A stretch of 64,000 nt of DNA from Eledone cirrhosa (GCA_964016885.1 OZ024749.1:1302001-1366000); one strand, 5' to 3'; numbered from the stretch's first letter, positions 1 through 12,689 are shown. Notes: generated from the letters alone by a model not told the origin. Made by a program: numbers and translations.

Positions 1-214
1 GTTAATTCCTGTTTTCAATTCAAAAACTTTTTCTGCTTTTAATTTTCTTCATTCTACAAGAATAAAAGTTTCCTTCCCTTTCCTTTTCCTTTTCTTTTTT
101 TATTTTTGATAGGGGGGGGGGGTGAATACACTTCTCTTCATATGAATTATTCACTCAATATTAAATGTAGGTCTTGGTAATCCAGGACTAAAGTCATTGC
201 TAGACTATTTGATT

Positions 215-412
215 ATTATAGACGGGCAACCCGGAAGGAGACCCAGATAAAGATCACGAGCAAGATAGTTGGATAACATCCATGAGCTCGACTGGTTTCT
301 CAGTGGTGCAGGATCAAATGGAGACAGTTGCTTCTAAAAGAACCTGCTGGAAGGAGTGTTTGAGGACTCTGACCCCACAACCCTCTCAGGAATTAGTGGG
401 TGAAGAAGAAGG
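215..412 (+). mobile_element. Degenerate LINE 3' end (RTE-like)
   Basis: Decayed LINE C-terminal-like translation (..LDNIHEL..VASKRTCWKECLRTLTPQPS) followed by a short GAA tail. Confidence 0.4.
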
Positions 413-659
413 AAGTGGAGGACAAGATACAGTGGCATAGTCATGGTTGTAGAGTTAATAAGTTCTTATATCCACAGTTGTTCAGATCCACACCACTACC
501 ACTTTATCAATCTACCAATATACCAGTTACATTGAAGTGAGACTATGGTGAAGATACTTGCCTAAGATGGCATGAAGTGGGATTAAAACTACGACCTAAT
601 AAATGCAAAACAAATTTCTCAACCCTTACCAGTTTATCAATTACCAATATATCAATTAT

Positions 660-870
660 GGCTTCTGATTTAGGCTCAAGGTCAATAATTTGATGGGAGG
701 GTAAAGTCGATTAAATCGACCCTAGTGTGTTACTGGTATTTTATCTTTCATCTTTACCCGGTAAGGATGAAAGATAAAGCTAACTTTGGTGGCATTACAA
801 CTCAGAAGGACTGCAACTATATGCTACAATGTATGTTGTCCAATGCTCTACTAATTCTACTGTCAACCCA
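660..870 (-). mobile_element. tRNA-derived SINE (family A), diverged
   Basis: Reverse complement of the family core TTGCCTTTCATCCTTACGGGGTCGATAAAATAAAGTACCAGT, seen intact at 58925-59107. Confidence 0.75.
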
Positions 871-934
871 CACCCCTTACCAATATACCAATAATAAACA
901 TTACCACTCTACAGATCAATAACTCTATCATTTT

Positions 935-1490
935 ACCAATGTACTAACATTCCAGTTATAACTACTACTACTACCACTCTACCACACAACACACTAATAC
1001 CTCTACCAATGTACTAACATTCCAGTTATAACTACTACTACTACCACTCTACCACACAACACACCAATACCTCTACCAATGTACTAACATTCCAGTTATA
1101 ACTACTACTACTACCACTCTACCACACAACACACTAATACCTCTACCAATGTACTAACATTCCAGTTATAACTACTACTACCAGTCTACTACACAACACA
1201 CCAATACCTCTACCAATGTACTAACATTCCAGTTATAACTACTACTACCAGTCTACTACACAACACACCAATACCTCTACCAATGTACTAACATTCCAGT
1301 TATAACTACTACTACCAGTCTACTACACAACACACCAATACCTCTACCAATGTACTAACATTCCAGTTATAACTACTACTACCAGTCTACTACACAACAC
1401 ACTAATACCTCTACCAATGTACTAACATTCCAGTTATAACTACTACTACCAGTCTACTACACAACACACTAATACCTCTACCAATGTACC
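935..1490. repeat. Tandem repeat, 70/67-bp unit, ~8 copies
   Basis: ACCAATGTAC recurs at 935, 1005, 1075, 1145, 1212, 1279, 1346, 1413 and 1480. Confidence 0.95.
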
Positions 1491-1877
1491 AATAATAACC
1501 AACACTGATTTTACTACTTTACTCCTCTACTGTTTTGTCAATATGACAATGAACCAATTCTAAGAACTCTCACTCTACACATCAATACCACTACAATTTT
1601 ATCAACCCCCTAAGGTAACATTTATAAGCACTAAAGCTCTACATCTTTGCACGTCAATATCTCTACTTTATCAACCTTCTAAGGTACCAGTAATAAAGAA
1701 ATACCATCAAATACCTCTACCATTTTATCAAGTTACAAATATACCAGACATAATAACTACAACCCAACACCTCTTCCATTTTATGAGCCTACTAATGTAC
1801 CAGTAATAAGGTCTACCACACAAAACTTCTACCAATTAATTAACTTACCAATGTACCAGATATAAACTGACATTATT

Positions 1878-2878
1878 ACCAATGTATCAGGTATAAACAC
1901 TACATCTCTACCAATGTACCAGGTATAAACCCTACAAATCTACAATTGTACCAGCTATAAACACTACATCTCTACCATTGTACCAGGTATAAACACTACA
2001 TCTCTACCATTGTACCAGGTATAAACACTACATCTCTACCAATGTACCAGGTATAAACCCTACAAATCTACAATTGTACCAGCTATAAACACTACATCTC
2101 TACCAATGTACCAGGTATAAACACTACAAATCTACAATTGTACCAGGTATAAACACTACATCTCTACCAATGTACCAGGTATAAACACTACATCTCTACC
2201 ATTGTACCAGGTATAAACACTACATCTCTACCAATGTACCAGGTATAAACACTACATCTCTACCATTGTACCAGGTATAAACACTACATCTCTACCAATG
2301 TACCAGGTATAAACACTACATCTCTACCATTGTACCAGGTATAAACACTACATCTCTACCAATGTACCAGGTATAAACACTACATCTCTACCAATGTACC
2401 AGGTATAAACACTACATCTCTACCATTGTACCAGGTATAAACACTACATCTCTACCAATGTACCAGGTATAAACACTACATCTCTACCAATGTACCAGGT
2501 ATAAACACTACATCTCTACCAATGTACCAGGTATAAACACTACATCTCTACCAATGTACCAGGTATAAACACTACATCTCTACCAATGTACCAGGTATAA
2601 ACACTACACCTCTACCATTGTACCAGGTATAAACACTACATCTCTACCATTGTACCAGGTATAAACACTACATCTCTACCAATGTACCAGGTATAAACAC
2701 TACATCTCTACCATTGTACCAGGTATAAACACTACATCTCTACCATTGTACCAGGTATAAACACTACATCTCTACCAATGTACCAGGTATAAACACTACA
2801 TCTCTACCATTACACCTGATATAAACACTACATCTCTACCATTACACCTGATATAAACACCTCATCTCTACCAATGTA
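1878..2878. repeat. Minisatellite, 32-bp unit, ~31 copies
   Basis: Unit ACCAATGTACCAGGTATAAACACTACATCTCT. Confidence 0.97.
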
Positions 2879-3420
2879 TTAAGGTAAGATTTAACCAGAA
2901 ACCTCATGAGTGCCAAGTAAATGTCTTAACCAGTTAGCCATGCCAACTATACTTTTAACAATCTATCTATCATCCATAAGTCTTAACAATCAACTGCTTT
3001 CTATGATATTTTTCTCAAATTCTTCAATGTAATGTTATGTAAAAGTGATATACCCTTTTGAAGAAATATCTCCAGCCTTGATCAAACGACAAATTACATA
3101 AAAGACAGGAACACTGGCATATTGAGGACTTTTGATGTTCAACTTCTGATTTTTGTCAATGAAGTTTTGCTAGTGGGAGATGTGATGTCAGCCAAACTGA
3201 AGAAGAAGAAGGTCGACTGAACAAGATGGTTAAAGATGTTACTAATACTATTACTAATAAAGTGCTGTAGTTTGAAGCATTGTGGAATATGATATAAGTG
3301 CCAAGATAATAGGAATTTGAGAAAATAGATAGAACTGAGATATAAAAGTGAGAATGATAGAAATTTATCCTAGAAATTCTAATGATCCCAAATATTGTCA
3401 GATTTACTATCCCTTATGAA

Positions 3421-3575
3421 GGGGAGTCTGTGAAAGGGAGGGGGCTGAGAGAGAGAGCTGAGGGGGAGTCTGTGAAAGGGAGGGCCCTCAGAGAGATAGC
3501 TGATGGGGAGTCTGTGAAAGAGAGGGGGCTGAGAGAGATAGCTGAGGGGGAGGGGGTTGAGAGAGAGAGAGAGCT
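3421..3575. repeat. 42-bp GA-rich tandem repeat, ~3.5 copies
   Basis: GGGGAGTCTGTGAAAG at 3421, 3463 and 3505. Confidence 0.9.
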
Positions 3576-3624
3576 GAGACATGTCATGTCTGTGTGCAGA
3601 CATGACATAGGTTGGAAACTTGCA

Positions 3625-3810
3625 TAGGTTGGAAAGATATGAAGCCTGCATGCTCCAATGGATGTGTAATAGTAATATACGTGAATGGCAAAGCATAAAT
3701 GAACTGAGAGAGAAATTAGGCATAAGAGGAATCAGATGCTGTGTGCAGGAGAGAAGATAGTGTTGGTATGGACATGTGATGCGTAGAAAGGACGAACAAC
3801 TGTATAAAAA
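3625..3810 (+). mobile_element. RTE LINE fragment (PHD family), C-terminal part
   Basis: Matches ~43890-44070 (EACML.WMCNSN..). Confidence 0.85.
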
Positions 3811-4062
3811 GTAAGTGAGACTGTCACTACTCTAAAACAATAGCGTATGGTCTTTGGAATGCTTTTAATTAAGCATACAGTGTATTGCAAAATATACTAT
3901 ATATACATTCATATATATATCGCTATTTCAGAGCACCAATTCTAATATATATATATATTTATATATATGTATATATATGAATCAAAACATCAAATATGTT
4001 TAGAATTTTGTGTTACTCAATAAGCATGCTCAATAGACATTATCTATATCTATATACATAAA

Positions 4063-4495
4063 AGATGTAGTGGGATCACAGGTAATCTATCTAAGAACGT
4101 AGATTTTATATGTGGCCGATGCTCAGGTGCAATAAGTAGCAAGTGCCCACAGGATACTAGCTCATTCTATTGCCCAGATGGCTCTATAGAAATAGTGGAC
4201 ACCTTCCGTTACCTGGGTGACAAAATCAGCAGTGGTGGAGGGTGCTCTGAAAGTACTGTAGCCAGAGTCAGAACGGGATGGAAAAAGTTCAGAGAGCTTA
4301 TACCGCTGTTGGCCTCAAAAGGTTTCTCTCTAAAAATGAAAGGTAGACTGTATGATGCCTGCATACGAACAGCAATGTTACATGGTAGTGAGACATGGGC
4401 ATTGTGTGCAGAGGACCTGCGCAGAGTGGAAAAGAATGAAGCATGCATGCTCCGTTGGATGTGTAATAGTAATATACATGAACGGCAAAGCATAA
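4063..4495 (+). mobile_element. RTE LINE fragment (PHD family)
   Basis: DTFRYLGD..RVRTGWKKFREL..MLHGSETW; cut off by the hammerhead inverted repeat. Confidence 0.9.
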
Positions 4496-4553
4496 TACTA
4501 TGAACATTTCAATGACTGGGTTCTGTATGAAACCGGTGACATCATCAGGTATT
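4494..4553 (-). ncRNA. Type I hammerhead ribozyme
   Basis: AAUAC-CUGAUGA-stem II-GAAA-UGUUCA-UA^-GUAUU; 5-bp stem I. Confidence 0.75.
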
Positions 4554-4634
4554 CGAAATTTAACAAATGAATATAATAAAACAATCCATGGGGCTGAAAA
4601 AGCAGAGAGACAAGAATTCCTTTGTTAAATTTCG

Positions 4635-4694
4635 AATACCTGATGATGTCACCGGATTCATACTGAACCCGGTCATTGAAATGTTCATAGCATA
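4635..4694 (+). ncRNA. Type I hammerhead ribozyme (stem I mismatch)
   Basis: CUGAUGA 4640-4646, ACCGG/CCGGU stem II, GAAA 4678-4681, AUA^ at 4689. Confidence 0.65.
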
Positions 4695-5092
4695 ATAAAC
4701 CTTTCAAGGATTTACACCAGTCCAGCCTCCTGTTATTTTATAATAATTAACTCCGTACTCGCACCACCAACAACACAAACGAAGACGTTGAGTGCTCTCT
4801 CTAATATTACATCAAGGTTAACTATACGGAATGACCAGCTCTATCCAGTGGTGAACCAACTAACCTCAATAAATATATATATATATATATATGTAGATAA
4901 ATCTACCAAGAGTTTACGGTAGTGTCCAATCCGTATGAAGAACTCAATGTAATCCGGATATCATGGAAAGAAGAGATGCAATGAAAAATCACTTTCGGTG
5001 AAAGATAAACGGAATACAGAGTCAAGATAAAATATTAAAAAAATAATGAATAAAACAATGAAACAGTTCCTTATATTAAACAAAAAAAGTTC

Positions 5093-5240
5093 ATTATTTA
5101 ACGATCGTTTCTAGGATATATATGTGTTAGAATTGGCATGCATATTCAACAGATCTATGTACAAAATTATACAAAATTATACAAACTATCAAAATTAAAT
5201 ATACATACCAACACATATATATGCCGTCTTCAGAAATAAT
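5093..5240 (-). ncRNA. Type I hammerhead ribozyme, long stem II (mirror copy)
   Basis: Reverse complement of 5245-5392. Confidence 0.8.
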
Positions 5241-5244
5241 AATG

Positions 5245-5392
5245 ATTATTTCTGAAGACGGCATATATATGTGTTGGTATGTATATTTAATTTTGATAGT
5301 TTGTATAATTTTGTATAATTTTGTACATAGATCTGTTGAATATGCATGCCAATTCTAACACATATATATCCTAGAAACGATCGTTAAATAAT
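5245..5392 (+). ncRNA. Type I hammerhead ribozyme, long stem II
   Basis: AUUAUUU-CUGAAGA-..AUAUAUAUGUGUUGG/CUAACACAUAUAUAU..-GAAA-CGAUCG-UU^-AAAUAAU; 7-bp stem I, palindromic stem III. Confidence 0.8.
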
Positions 5393-6399
5393 GAACTTTT
5401 TTTGTTTAATATAAGGAACTGTTTCATTGTTTTATTCATTATTTTTTTAATATTTTATATATATATATATATAGTTTTATGGTACCCATTTACATGTGTT
5501 GTATTGAGGTAAATAACGTTATGTCTACTCTGGGATTTTTACATGAACTTACCTTTTGAGTACACTGAGATGCAACCAGTACAAGCAGGGAAACCTTATG
5601 CTAGTCAAAGAATAAAAAAAACCCCTGAATTTTGAGGTATGACCTACCATTACAATCATCACCACCACCAACCTCACAACCGAAGGGGGGAGGGGACGAA
5701 AAGCAGTCTTTTAGTCTTGTTCTTTTTTAGGAGTAACAGCAGCATACAATTGTGAATCTGTTAACAGCATGCCATAGTGGCTGAGTGTTGACACCCCAAC
5801 ACCTCCTCTTGCCTCTCCCACGGGGTGGAAGGGGTCCAATAACAGGAAGGGGAAATCACTGGTGTAGATCCAGTTATTTAGAAGCTGTGGACAGGGAAAA
5901 ACATTAGCTTGTTTAACATGAGGAATGGCATGTGGGAATAATTATACTCACCTACACATACATATATGACTGTGTTAGTGTACACACATACACACACACA
6001 CATATATATATATGTATATGTGTGTGTGTGTGTATGTATATGTGTGTGTGTGTGTGTATCATCATCCTCATCACCTCACTTTAACTTCTATTATCCATGC
6101 TTGCATGGAAAATGAAGTTGAAAATGCAATTGGAGTCTTTAAGAAAGTTAAAATAAATCTTCTTAAAAACCCCAATTGCATTTTCAACTTCTTTTTAATA
6201 TATTTTTACCCATGTGGGACATTAAAAAACCTTACTTTCGAATATATATTATAACACTGGAATACAACCCAAATGAAATGGACCTTGTAACAGCATTGAA
6301 TACCCCAACTGCTTACCACCTGTAACTGTTGTTGCACACATAACTATAATATATATACACACATAATATATATATACACATAATATATATATTCATTTA

Positions 6400-6752
6400 G
6401 GTTTGTTGGTTTACCACTGGATAGAACTGGTCATTCTGTATGGTCAACCATGATGTAATATTATGGAGAGTACTCAACATAATGCAACTCACCCGTCTTC
6501 GTTTGTGTAGTTGGTGGTGCGAGTACGGAGTTAATTATTATAAAATAACAGGAGGCTGGACTGGTGTAATTCCTTAAAAGGTTTATTATACTATGATCAT
6601 TTCAGTGACCGGTTTCAGTATGAATCTGGTGACATCATCAGGTAATTCAAAATATAACAAAGAAATATAATAAACAAAATCCATGGGGCTGAAAAGCAGA
6701 GACATGAGGGCGACCGAACATTTAGCAGCTTCTAGCCCGGTCGGCCATCCTT
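6400..6752 (-). mobile_element. Penelope-like pLTR remnant (same family as 4494-4868)
   Basis: Reverse-complement homology to 4621-4866; flanked by TA-rich microsatellites. Confidence 0.65.
6587..6646 (-). ncRNA. Type I hammerhead ribozyme
   Basis: UAC-CUGAUGA-stem II-GAAA-UGAUCA-UA^-GUA; perfectly palindromic stem III AUGAUCAU. Confidence 0.7.
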
Positions 6753-6755
6753 ATA

Positions 6756-6820
<65 letters not shown>

Positions 6821-6821
6821 T

Positions 6822-6998
6822 ACACTGTAAATGTGGTTGGTGTTAGGAAGGGCATCCAGCCGTAGAAAACCTGCCAGATAATCCTATATGAGCGAGACAC
6901 GGTCACCCGACCAACCTTGCCTCAAGTGGGACAACTCCCGTCTAACCCATGCTAGCATGGAAAATGGACGTTAAACGAAGATGATGATGAGATGATGA
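6822..6998 (+). mobile_element. RTE LINE 3' UTR with (GAT)n tail
   Basis: GGTGTTAGGAAGGGCATCCAGC..AACCCATGCTAGCATGG, as at 44390-44546. Confidence 0.8.
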
Positions 6999-7070
6999 AA
7001 TATATATATAAGCAAATTTGCATCAAGAAATATATAAACATCGGCGAGAAAGGAGATTAGGAATTTTTGT

Positions 7071-7167
7071 GCTTTAACATACGTTTCCAAGTACAATATA
7101 CTAACTACAATATATATTGTTCAATCATATGCAATACTTGATTATTTATCACACTTCTTCAGAAAGC
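7071..7167 (-). ncRNA. Type I hammerhead ribozyme, extended stem II
   Basis: GCUUU-CUGAAGA-AGUGUGAUA/UAUUGUACU-..GAAA-CGUAUG-UU^-AAAGC. Confidence 0.7.
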
Positions 7168-7794
7168 TTATAATTGTGGAAGCGACTATCCACCACATAG
7201 TAGAATTCAGGAATGAGAAGTTCAGTATAAAAATGGTGTTTTCGTTTAAGAAAATATAAATAAATCAAAATAACAATACAAATAGAATAAAATACAGTAA
7301 GTATACATATATATATATAAATGAAAATAGAGAAATTAATTGTTTCTACTTTTGGCACAAGGCCAGCAATTACCCAGTACATTACTGGTACTTTATTTTA
7401 TCGAAATAAAGTACCAGTAATAGAGAAATACCGAAAATAGAGAAATTAATGTGAGCAAGAAGCCAACATTAATTCATACATATAAGTGACTATAACGTCA
7501 AGATGGAAAATATTTAACGTAAGATATGGGAAAATAATTCAAACTCAATTAAAAAAAAGTCAAGACAGAAATTTTATCCACAGATTTTGTGATATCCAGG
7601 GAAAAAAACCAATAGAGTCTTAACTCAGAATAAAATTAAGGTTAAATACTCATCCTTCAATTTGGAAAAACTACAAATGCTCTATATAGTCTTAAAAAGA
7701 CTATTTCACGAAACTTTTCAGTGGGGTTAGTCACGGTTGGAGTCGTTCATCGGTAGAGCTCAAACACGATAACCTATATATATATATATATGTA

Positions 7795-8432
7795 TGCCCA
7801 TGGGAACTCCTATACCCTGACAAACTGATTCTCATAGCCGATTCTATGATAGAATTATAGAAGAAATTCCAGACATGGTGGCCCAGCTTGGAAATAAAAA
7901 GCCTTAAAGTCAACCTGGCAAAGACCAAAATCCTAGTGAAGAGAAAGGAAAACAGGGCTCTGATCCTTTCAGGGAAATGGCCCTGCTCTGTATGCAGGAA
8001 AGGCCCAACCTCCCTCATAGTGGCACCACCCAATTCCAAAATTATTGTTCTGATGTGAGCAGCATATGGGGCAGCCAACTGGCCAGACCCTCATCATAAC
8101 AGTGTCACCCAGGGCTCCACCATAAATAAGGCTTGGTGTGGCCAACTGGCCAGACCTCCCTCATAATGGGACTACCCAGATCCCAAATTATAGTTCCGAT
8201 GTGAACAGCGTACAGCGCAGCCAACTAGCCTGTCCCTTCTCATAACGGTACCATCCAGTTCCACACTGTAAATGTGGTTGGTGTTAGGAAGGGCATCCAG
8301 CTGCAAAAATCCCAGCCAGATTATAGTACAACGGAGCCAACTGGCCAGACTTGTGTCATGACATAGGCAACCTGTCTAACCCATACAAGCATGGAAAAAT
8401 AAATGTTAAATGTTGATGATGATGATGATGAT
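7795..8432 (+). mobile_element. RTE LINE remnant (RT fragment plus 3' UTR and GAT tail)
   Basis: CPWELLYPDKL..KWPCSVCRK, then the family 3' UTR. Confidence 0.75.
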
Positions 8433-9999
8433 AATATATATAACATATTATTTATTTATGTTCATACACGGAACAAAAGCAATACCCAAGGTTTCAAGGC
8501 CCAAATCTGACCAAACCACCAGAATACAAGAGCCATCAAATTAATGACCTTTCTTCAAGCACTTATATGAATTTATAAGATACCGAGAAAAGTAAATTTT
8601 GCTAAGAATGCGTATTTATAAAAAAATGTAATGTAACAAAGGGAAATAATTCCAAGATGTAAATTTGAATTTTGAGATCAACCACATGTTTGTGTTGGTA
8701 TACTATAGTAGAAGTATTGTATTATGTGATGAAATGTAATATAGAAGTGGTAAGATTTATTAATGTGTCAAGTATAGTAGTATAGAAAGTTGTATTATGT
8801 AAGTGGGGAAAGGGAAAGAAAAAGTAAAGATATAACAGAAGTATACAAATCAATTAAGGTGGTTAAAAAAGTATCAAATTTGTAGAATATTTCCACTTTT
8901 CAAGAAGTTGAGTTTTAAAATGGAGGCATCCTTTAAAAATGTCACTCTTTGTATTTAAGTGATTATTGTTCGGGGAGATGACAAACCTTTTAATATCTTA
9001 TATTTCTCAGAGACAACATTTCTTGGTACAGCTGGTGTAAAGACTGGACAGATGGCAACATCAATGGATCTGTTATTTTTCTCTAAAAACATTTTTTCCG
9101 ATTCTACCCTGCCTGTCCCTTCTAGATTTCTAATTTCTCATTCTTTTTTCTGATGAAGGACTAGCGTCTTAAACGTTAAGACCCCCTTCCTGTTATTTCA
9201 AGCATTAAACTAGTATATTCCTTCCATATACTGTACCATTTGTGTTGTTATTTCTGTTTACCTTTTACATTCATATATATATATTGGCATTCTGTCTCAC
9301 CAGGACTGATGCAGTGACTCAAGAACCTTCCTTCCCTCACACAGCCCTCCACTTATATAGCTCTGGCTGTAATACTTGTTTTCTTTTCTTTTCTGCCATT
9401 TGTTTCTATTGGTGATTGATAACTGGTTAAGATCTTGACATTGGCAATGTGTTTCATTAAGTCTTCTGTGTCTGAACATTGATGATAAAACCAATTCTGA
9501 CATAGAAATAACACTGACTACATATAGTGCACATGAAGCAACCATGGTTTCATTTCAGACACTAGCTGTGTGTATCTCTCCATCCAATGCAGGCCACAAC
9601 TCTGAATTCTTGGCACCATATTGAGTCTATTGCTGCAGCTATTGGGGTATCACATGACATACTGCCATTTCCATAGTTGGGAGATGTAGCAGAGATGGGA
9701 GCAGCATGGCTCCCCATTCACCTGAGCTGATATCTTTTATATTGAAGTGCTGTAAGCATTTGTGCAGCGGGGGTCTTAGTCCGGCCTTTTCTTGCTGGAT
9801 TTAAAAGTTACCTTTGTGTACATTGGAGAGAGTAGACTTGCAGGAATAATTGCAGCGATGTTGAGAAAACTATCATCTGACAAGATGTAGTAATCATCAT
9901 GTATGTATGTATGTATACAATTATGTATGCATGTATTTCTGTATATATGTATCTATGCATTTATGTATGTATTTATGTATGAATGTATGCATTTATGAC

Positions 10000-11548
10000 G
10001 CAGGATGAAGGATCAGTGGTGGAGTGAAAAGGCTGATGAGATATAAACTGCGTCAGGTTCCAGTAACACAAAGCTGTTGTACAGTCTCTTGTGTGAAGTT
10101 TATGGTCCGTCTTCTTCTCTGGTGACACCGCTTCGCAGCAAGGATGGCAAAGAACTTCTTTGTGACTCTCAAGGAATTCTACGAAGGTGGCGAGAGCACT
10201 TTGATGATCTTTTGAATCAGCCGTCTGTCGTCAATGAAGATTTTCTCAATCTCATTCCAGAAAGTCCTGTGAAAGTAGCTCTCGCAGAACCTCCGACGCT
10301 TGTGGAGGTTGCAGTGGCTATCTCGAAGCTGAACAGTGGAAGGTCTCCAGGTATGGATGGCATACATGCTGAGCTCCAACAATATGGTGGTGAGAGACTC
10401 CTGCAACATATTCACTCTTTGTTTGGCAGGATATGGGCTAATGAATCCGTACCTGAGGACTGGAGAGATGCAGTAATGGTGGTCTTGTACAAGGGAAAAG
10501 GTAACAGGAATGATTGTGGGAACTACAGAGGTATATCATTGCTTTCTGTCATAAGGAAAGTTTTATGTAGGGTGCTTCTGGACCATCTGCTGACACACAT
10601 TGCAGATTGTGTTCTTCCTGAAAGTCAATCTGGTTTTCGTGCTGGGCGCGGCACTACTGATATGATCTTCTCAGCTAGACAGCTTCAGAAGAAGTGCATG
10701 GAACAAGGTTTGGATCTGTATCAGGTTTTTGTCGATCTGACAAAAGCTTTTGATACTGTTAATGCATTATGGAAGGTTCTCCAGAAACTTGGTTGCCCTG
10801 ATAAGTTCCTTGCTTTAGTTAGGTCTTTCCATGACGACATGAAGGCTTGGGTTAATGTCGGAGGTAACATGTCGGAGCCTATCTCAGTAAAAAATGGAGT
10901 GAAACAGCGGGATATTCCAGCACCGATCCTGTTTGCCATATACTTTGCAATGGTTTTCTGTATTGCATCGAGGAATTGCAAGCATGGTGTTTACATCCGA
11001 TATCGAACCTCAGGCAGCATATTTAACATCAGGCGCTTTGCTGCGAAGACAAAAGTATTTACATCAATCATAAGAGACCTCTTGTATGCAGATGATTCGA
11101 TCTTGTAGCGCACACAGAGAGTGATATGCAGCATATTTTGAATGCATTTTCTGATGCTTGCACTGCCCTAGGATTGACTGTCAGTCTCAAGAAAGCCGTC
11201 GTCATGTACCAACCTGCCCCAGGTAAGCAGTACAGTGAACCAAATATCTATGTGTATGGTAAACGACTTGGAGTGGTTGATCAGTTTGTCTACCTGTGAA
11301 GCACTGTCAATCAATACAGCAACCTTGATAATGAAATCCCACTCAGGATTAGGAAAGCAAGTGATGCTTTCGGAGAGCTAGAAAGGCGACTCTGGGGTCG
11401 ACTAGACATATGCAAGAAGACAAAGGTAAAGGTGTACAAGGCATGTGTGCTCTCTTCTCTTCTTTATGCCTGCGAGACCTGGGTCACATATTGACACCAC
11501 CTTAAGCAATTGGAGCGTTTCCATCAGATGTGTCTCAGACGGATCTGA
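10000..11548 (+). mobile_element. RTE-clade LINE RT (second family), frameshifted
   Basis: 343-aa ORF 10077-11108: NYRGISLLS, PESQSGFR, FVDLTKAFD, YRTSGSIFNIRR, LLYADD; continues out of frame to LLYACETW. Confidence 0.93.
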
Positions 11549-11549
11549 T

Positions 11550-11920
11550 GGAAACGGCCTTACCCAATTACACCTCTCCAAGGCGATGACACACGACCGT
11601 GACCTCTGGCGTCACGCAGTAATACAGAGTACCCGACCTCCCATGGGTACAAGCTGAAGCATATAGACAATATGCCCCCACACCCTCCCACTGCAAGGTG
11701 GTCGTGGAGGTGCCACGGCAAAAAAGCACCCAGCACTCACTGTAAATGAGGTTGGTGTTAGGAAGGGCATCCAGCTGTAGAAATCAAGCCAAATCAGTTC
11801 CTGTATGAGCAAGGCATGGTCAGCCGACCAGACACTGCCCACAACAGGACAACCCGTCTAACCCATGCTAGCGTGGAAGAACGGACGTAAAACGGTGATG
11901 ATGATGATGATGATGATGAT
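11550..11920 (+). mobile_element. 3' end of PHD-RTE family with (GAT)n tail
   Basis: Closely matches 44147-44546. Confidence 0.88.
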
Positions 11921-11963
11921 ATATAAATATGTATGCGTGTATGTATGTATGTATGTATGTATG

Positions 11964-12029
<66 letters not shown>

Positions 12030-12033
<4 letters not shown>

Positions 12034-12455
12034 ACAATGTCACAGGATCGAGATCTTTGGTGCTATGCAGTAATACAGAAGACCCACCTTCCCTTGCGTA
12101 CGAACTTCAACCTACAGTCAGTAGGCACCTCTTAATCCAATATAAACCCCACACCTCCAACATCTTCCTCCCACTTTTGCCCACTTCCGCCCACACTACT
12201 CTTTCTCTGTAAAGTTATGTTGGTATCACAAAACATCCAGTCCACACAGTAAAGTGGTCGTGTAGGTGTCATGGTAAAAAGCACCTAGCACACACAGTAA
12301 ATCTGGTTGGTGCTACGCAGGGCATCCAGCCAGAAACGGTCCTCTTTAAGTGAGACTCAGTTACCCGACCCAACTTGCCTCAAGTGGGACAAATCCGTCT
12401 AACTCATGCTAGCATGGAAGATAGGCGTTAAATGATGGGATTATGATGATAATGA
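12030..12455 (+). mobile_element. RTE LINE 3' UTR, diverged
   Basis: [14 protein letters not shown], then 3' UTR motifs and a GAT tail. Confidence 0.75.
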
Positions 12456-12689
12456 TACACACACACACATATATTTATATATATTTATTTAATTTTATTT
12501 ATTTATTGCTGAAGAGTTGGCAATCAATGCTTTATGAGAGGAGTGTATTTTTCTAGTTATTTCTGTATTATTTTCATTGAAGCAGCCTTGATAGACTGTT
12601 CAAGTACAATGTATTGCTTCCTTAAGATTTTTCTAAGATTATTCAATGTTTTCTAAAATTCTAACTCATGAAGCTACACATTGAGCAAC

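Larger units (their letters stand above)
4494..4868. mobile_element. Penelope-like pLTR remnant, inverted pair
   Basis: 4498-4567 is the reverse complement of 4621-4690, both arms carry a hammerhead, and there is a homologous copy at ~6400-6750. Confidence 0.65.
5027..5458. repeat. Perfect ~214-bp-arm palindrome with 4-nt loop
   Basis: 5027-5240 is the reverse complement of 5245-5458; loop AATG. Confidence 0.95.

Noticed and set aside
3040-3175. Possible minus-strand terminal exon (QNFIDKNQKL..GYITFT*)
   Set aside because: Short, no recognisable domain and no partner exons found.
9297-9545. 82-aa minus-strand ORF ending near a GTGAG donor
   Set aside because: Another frame gives FMCTICSQC..RIG, typical of a decayed LINE C-terminus.
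12505-12610. CUGAAGA with possible stem II and ATTG/CAAT stem I
   Set aside because: GAUA instead of GAAA and a poor stem III; too decayed to call.
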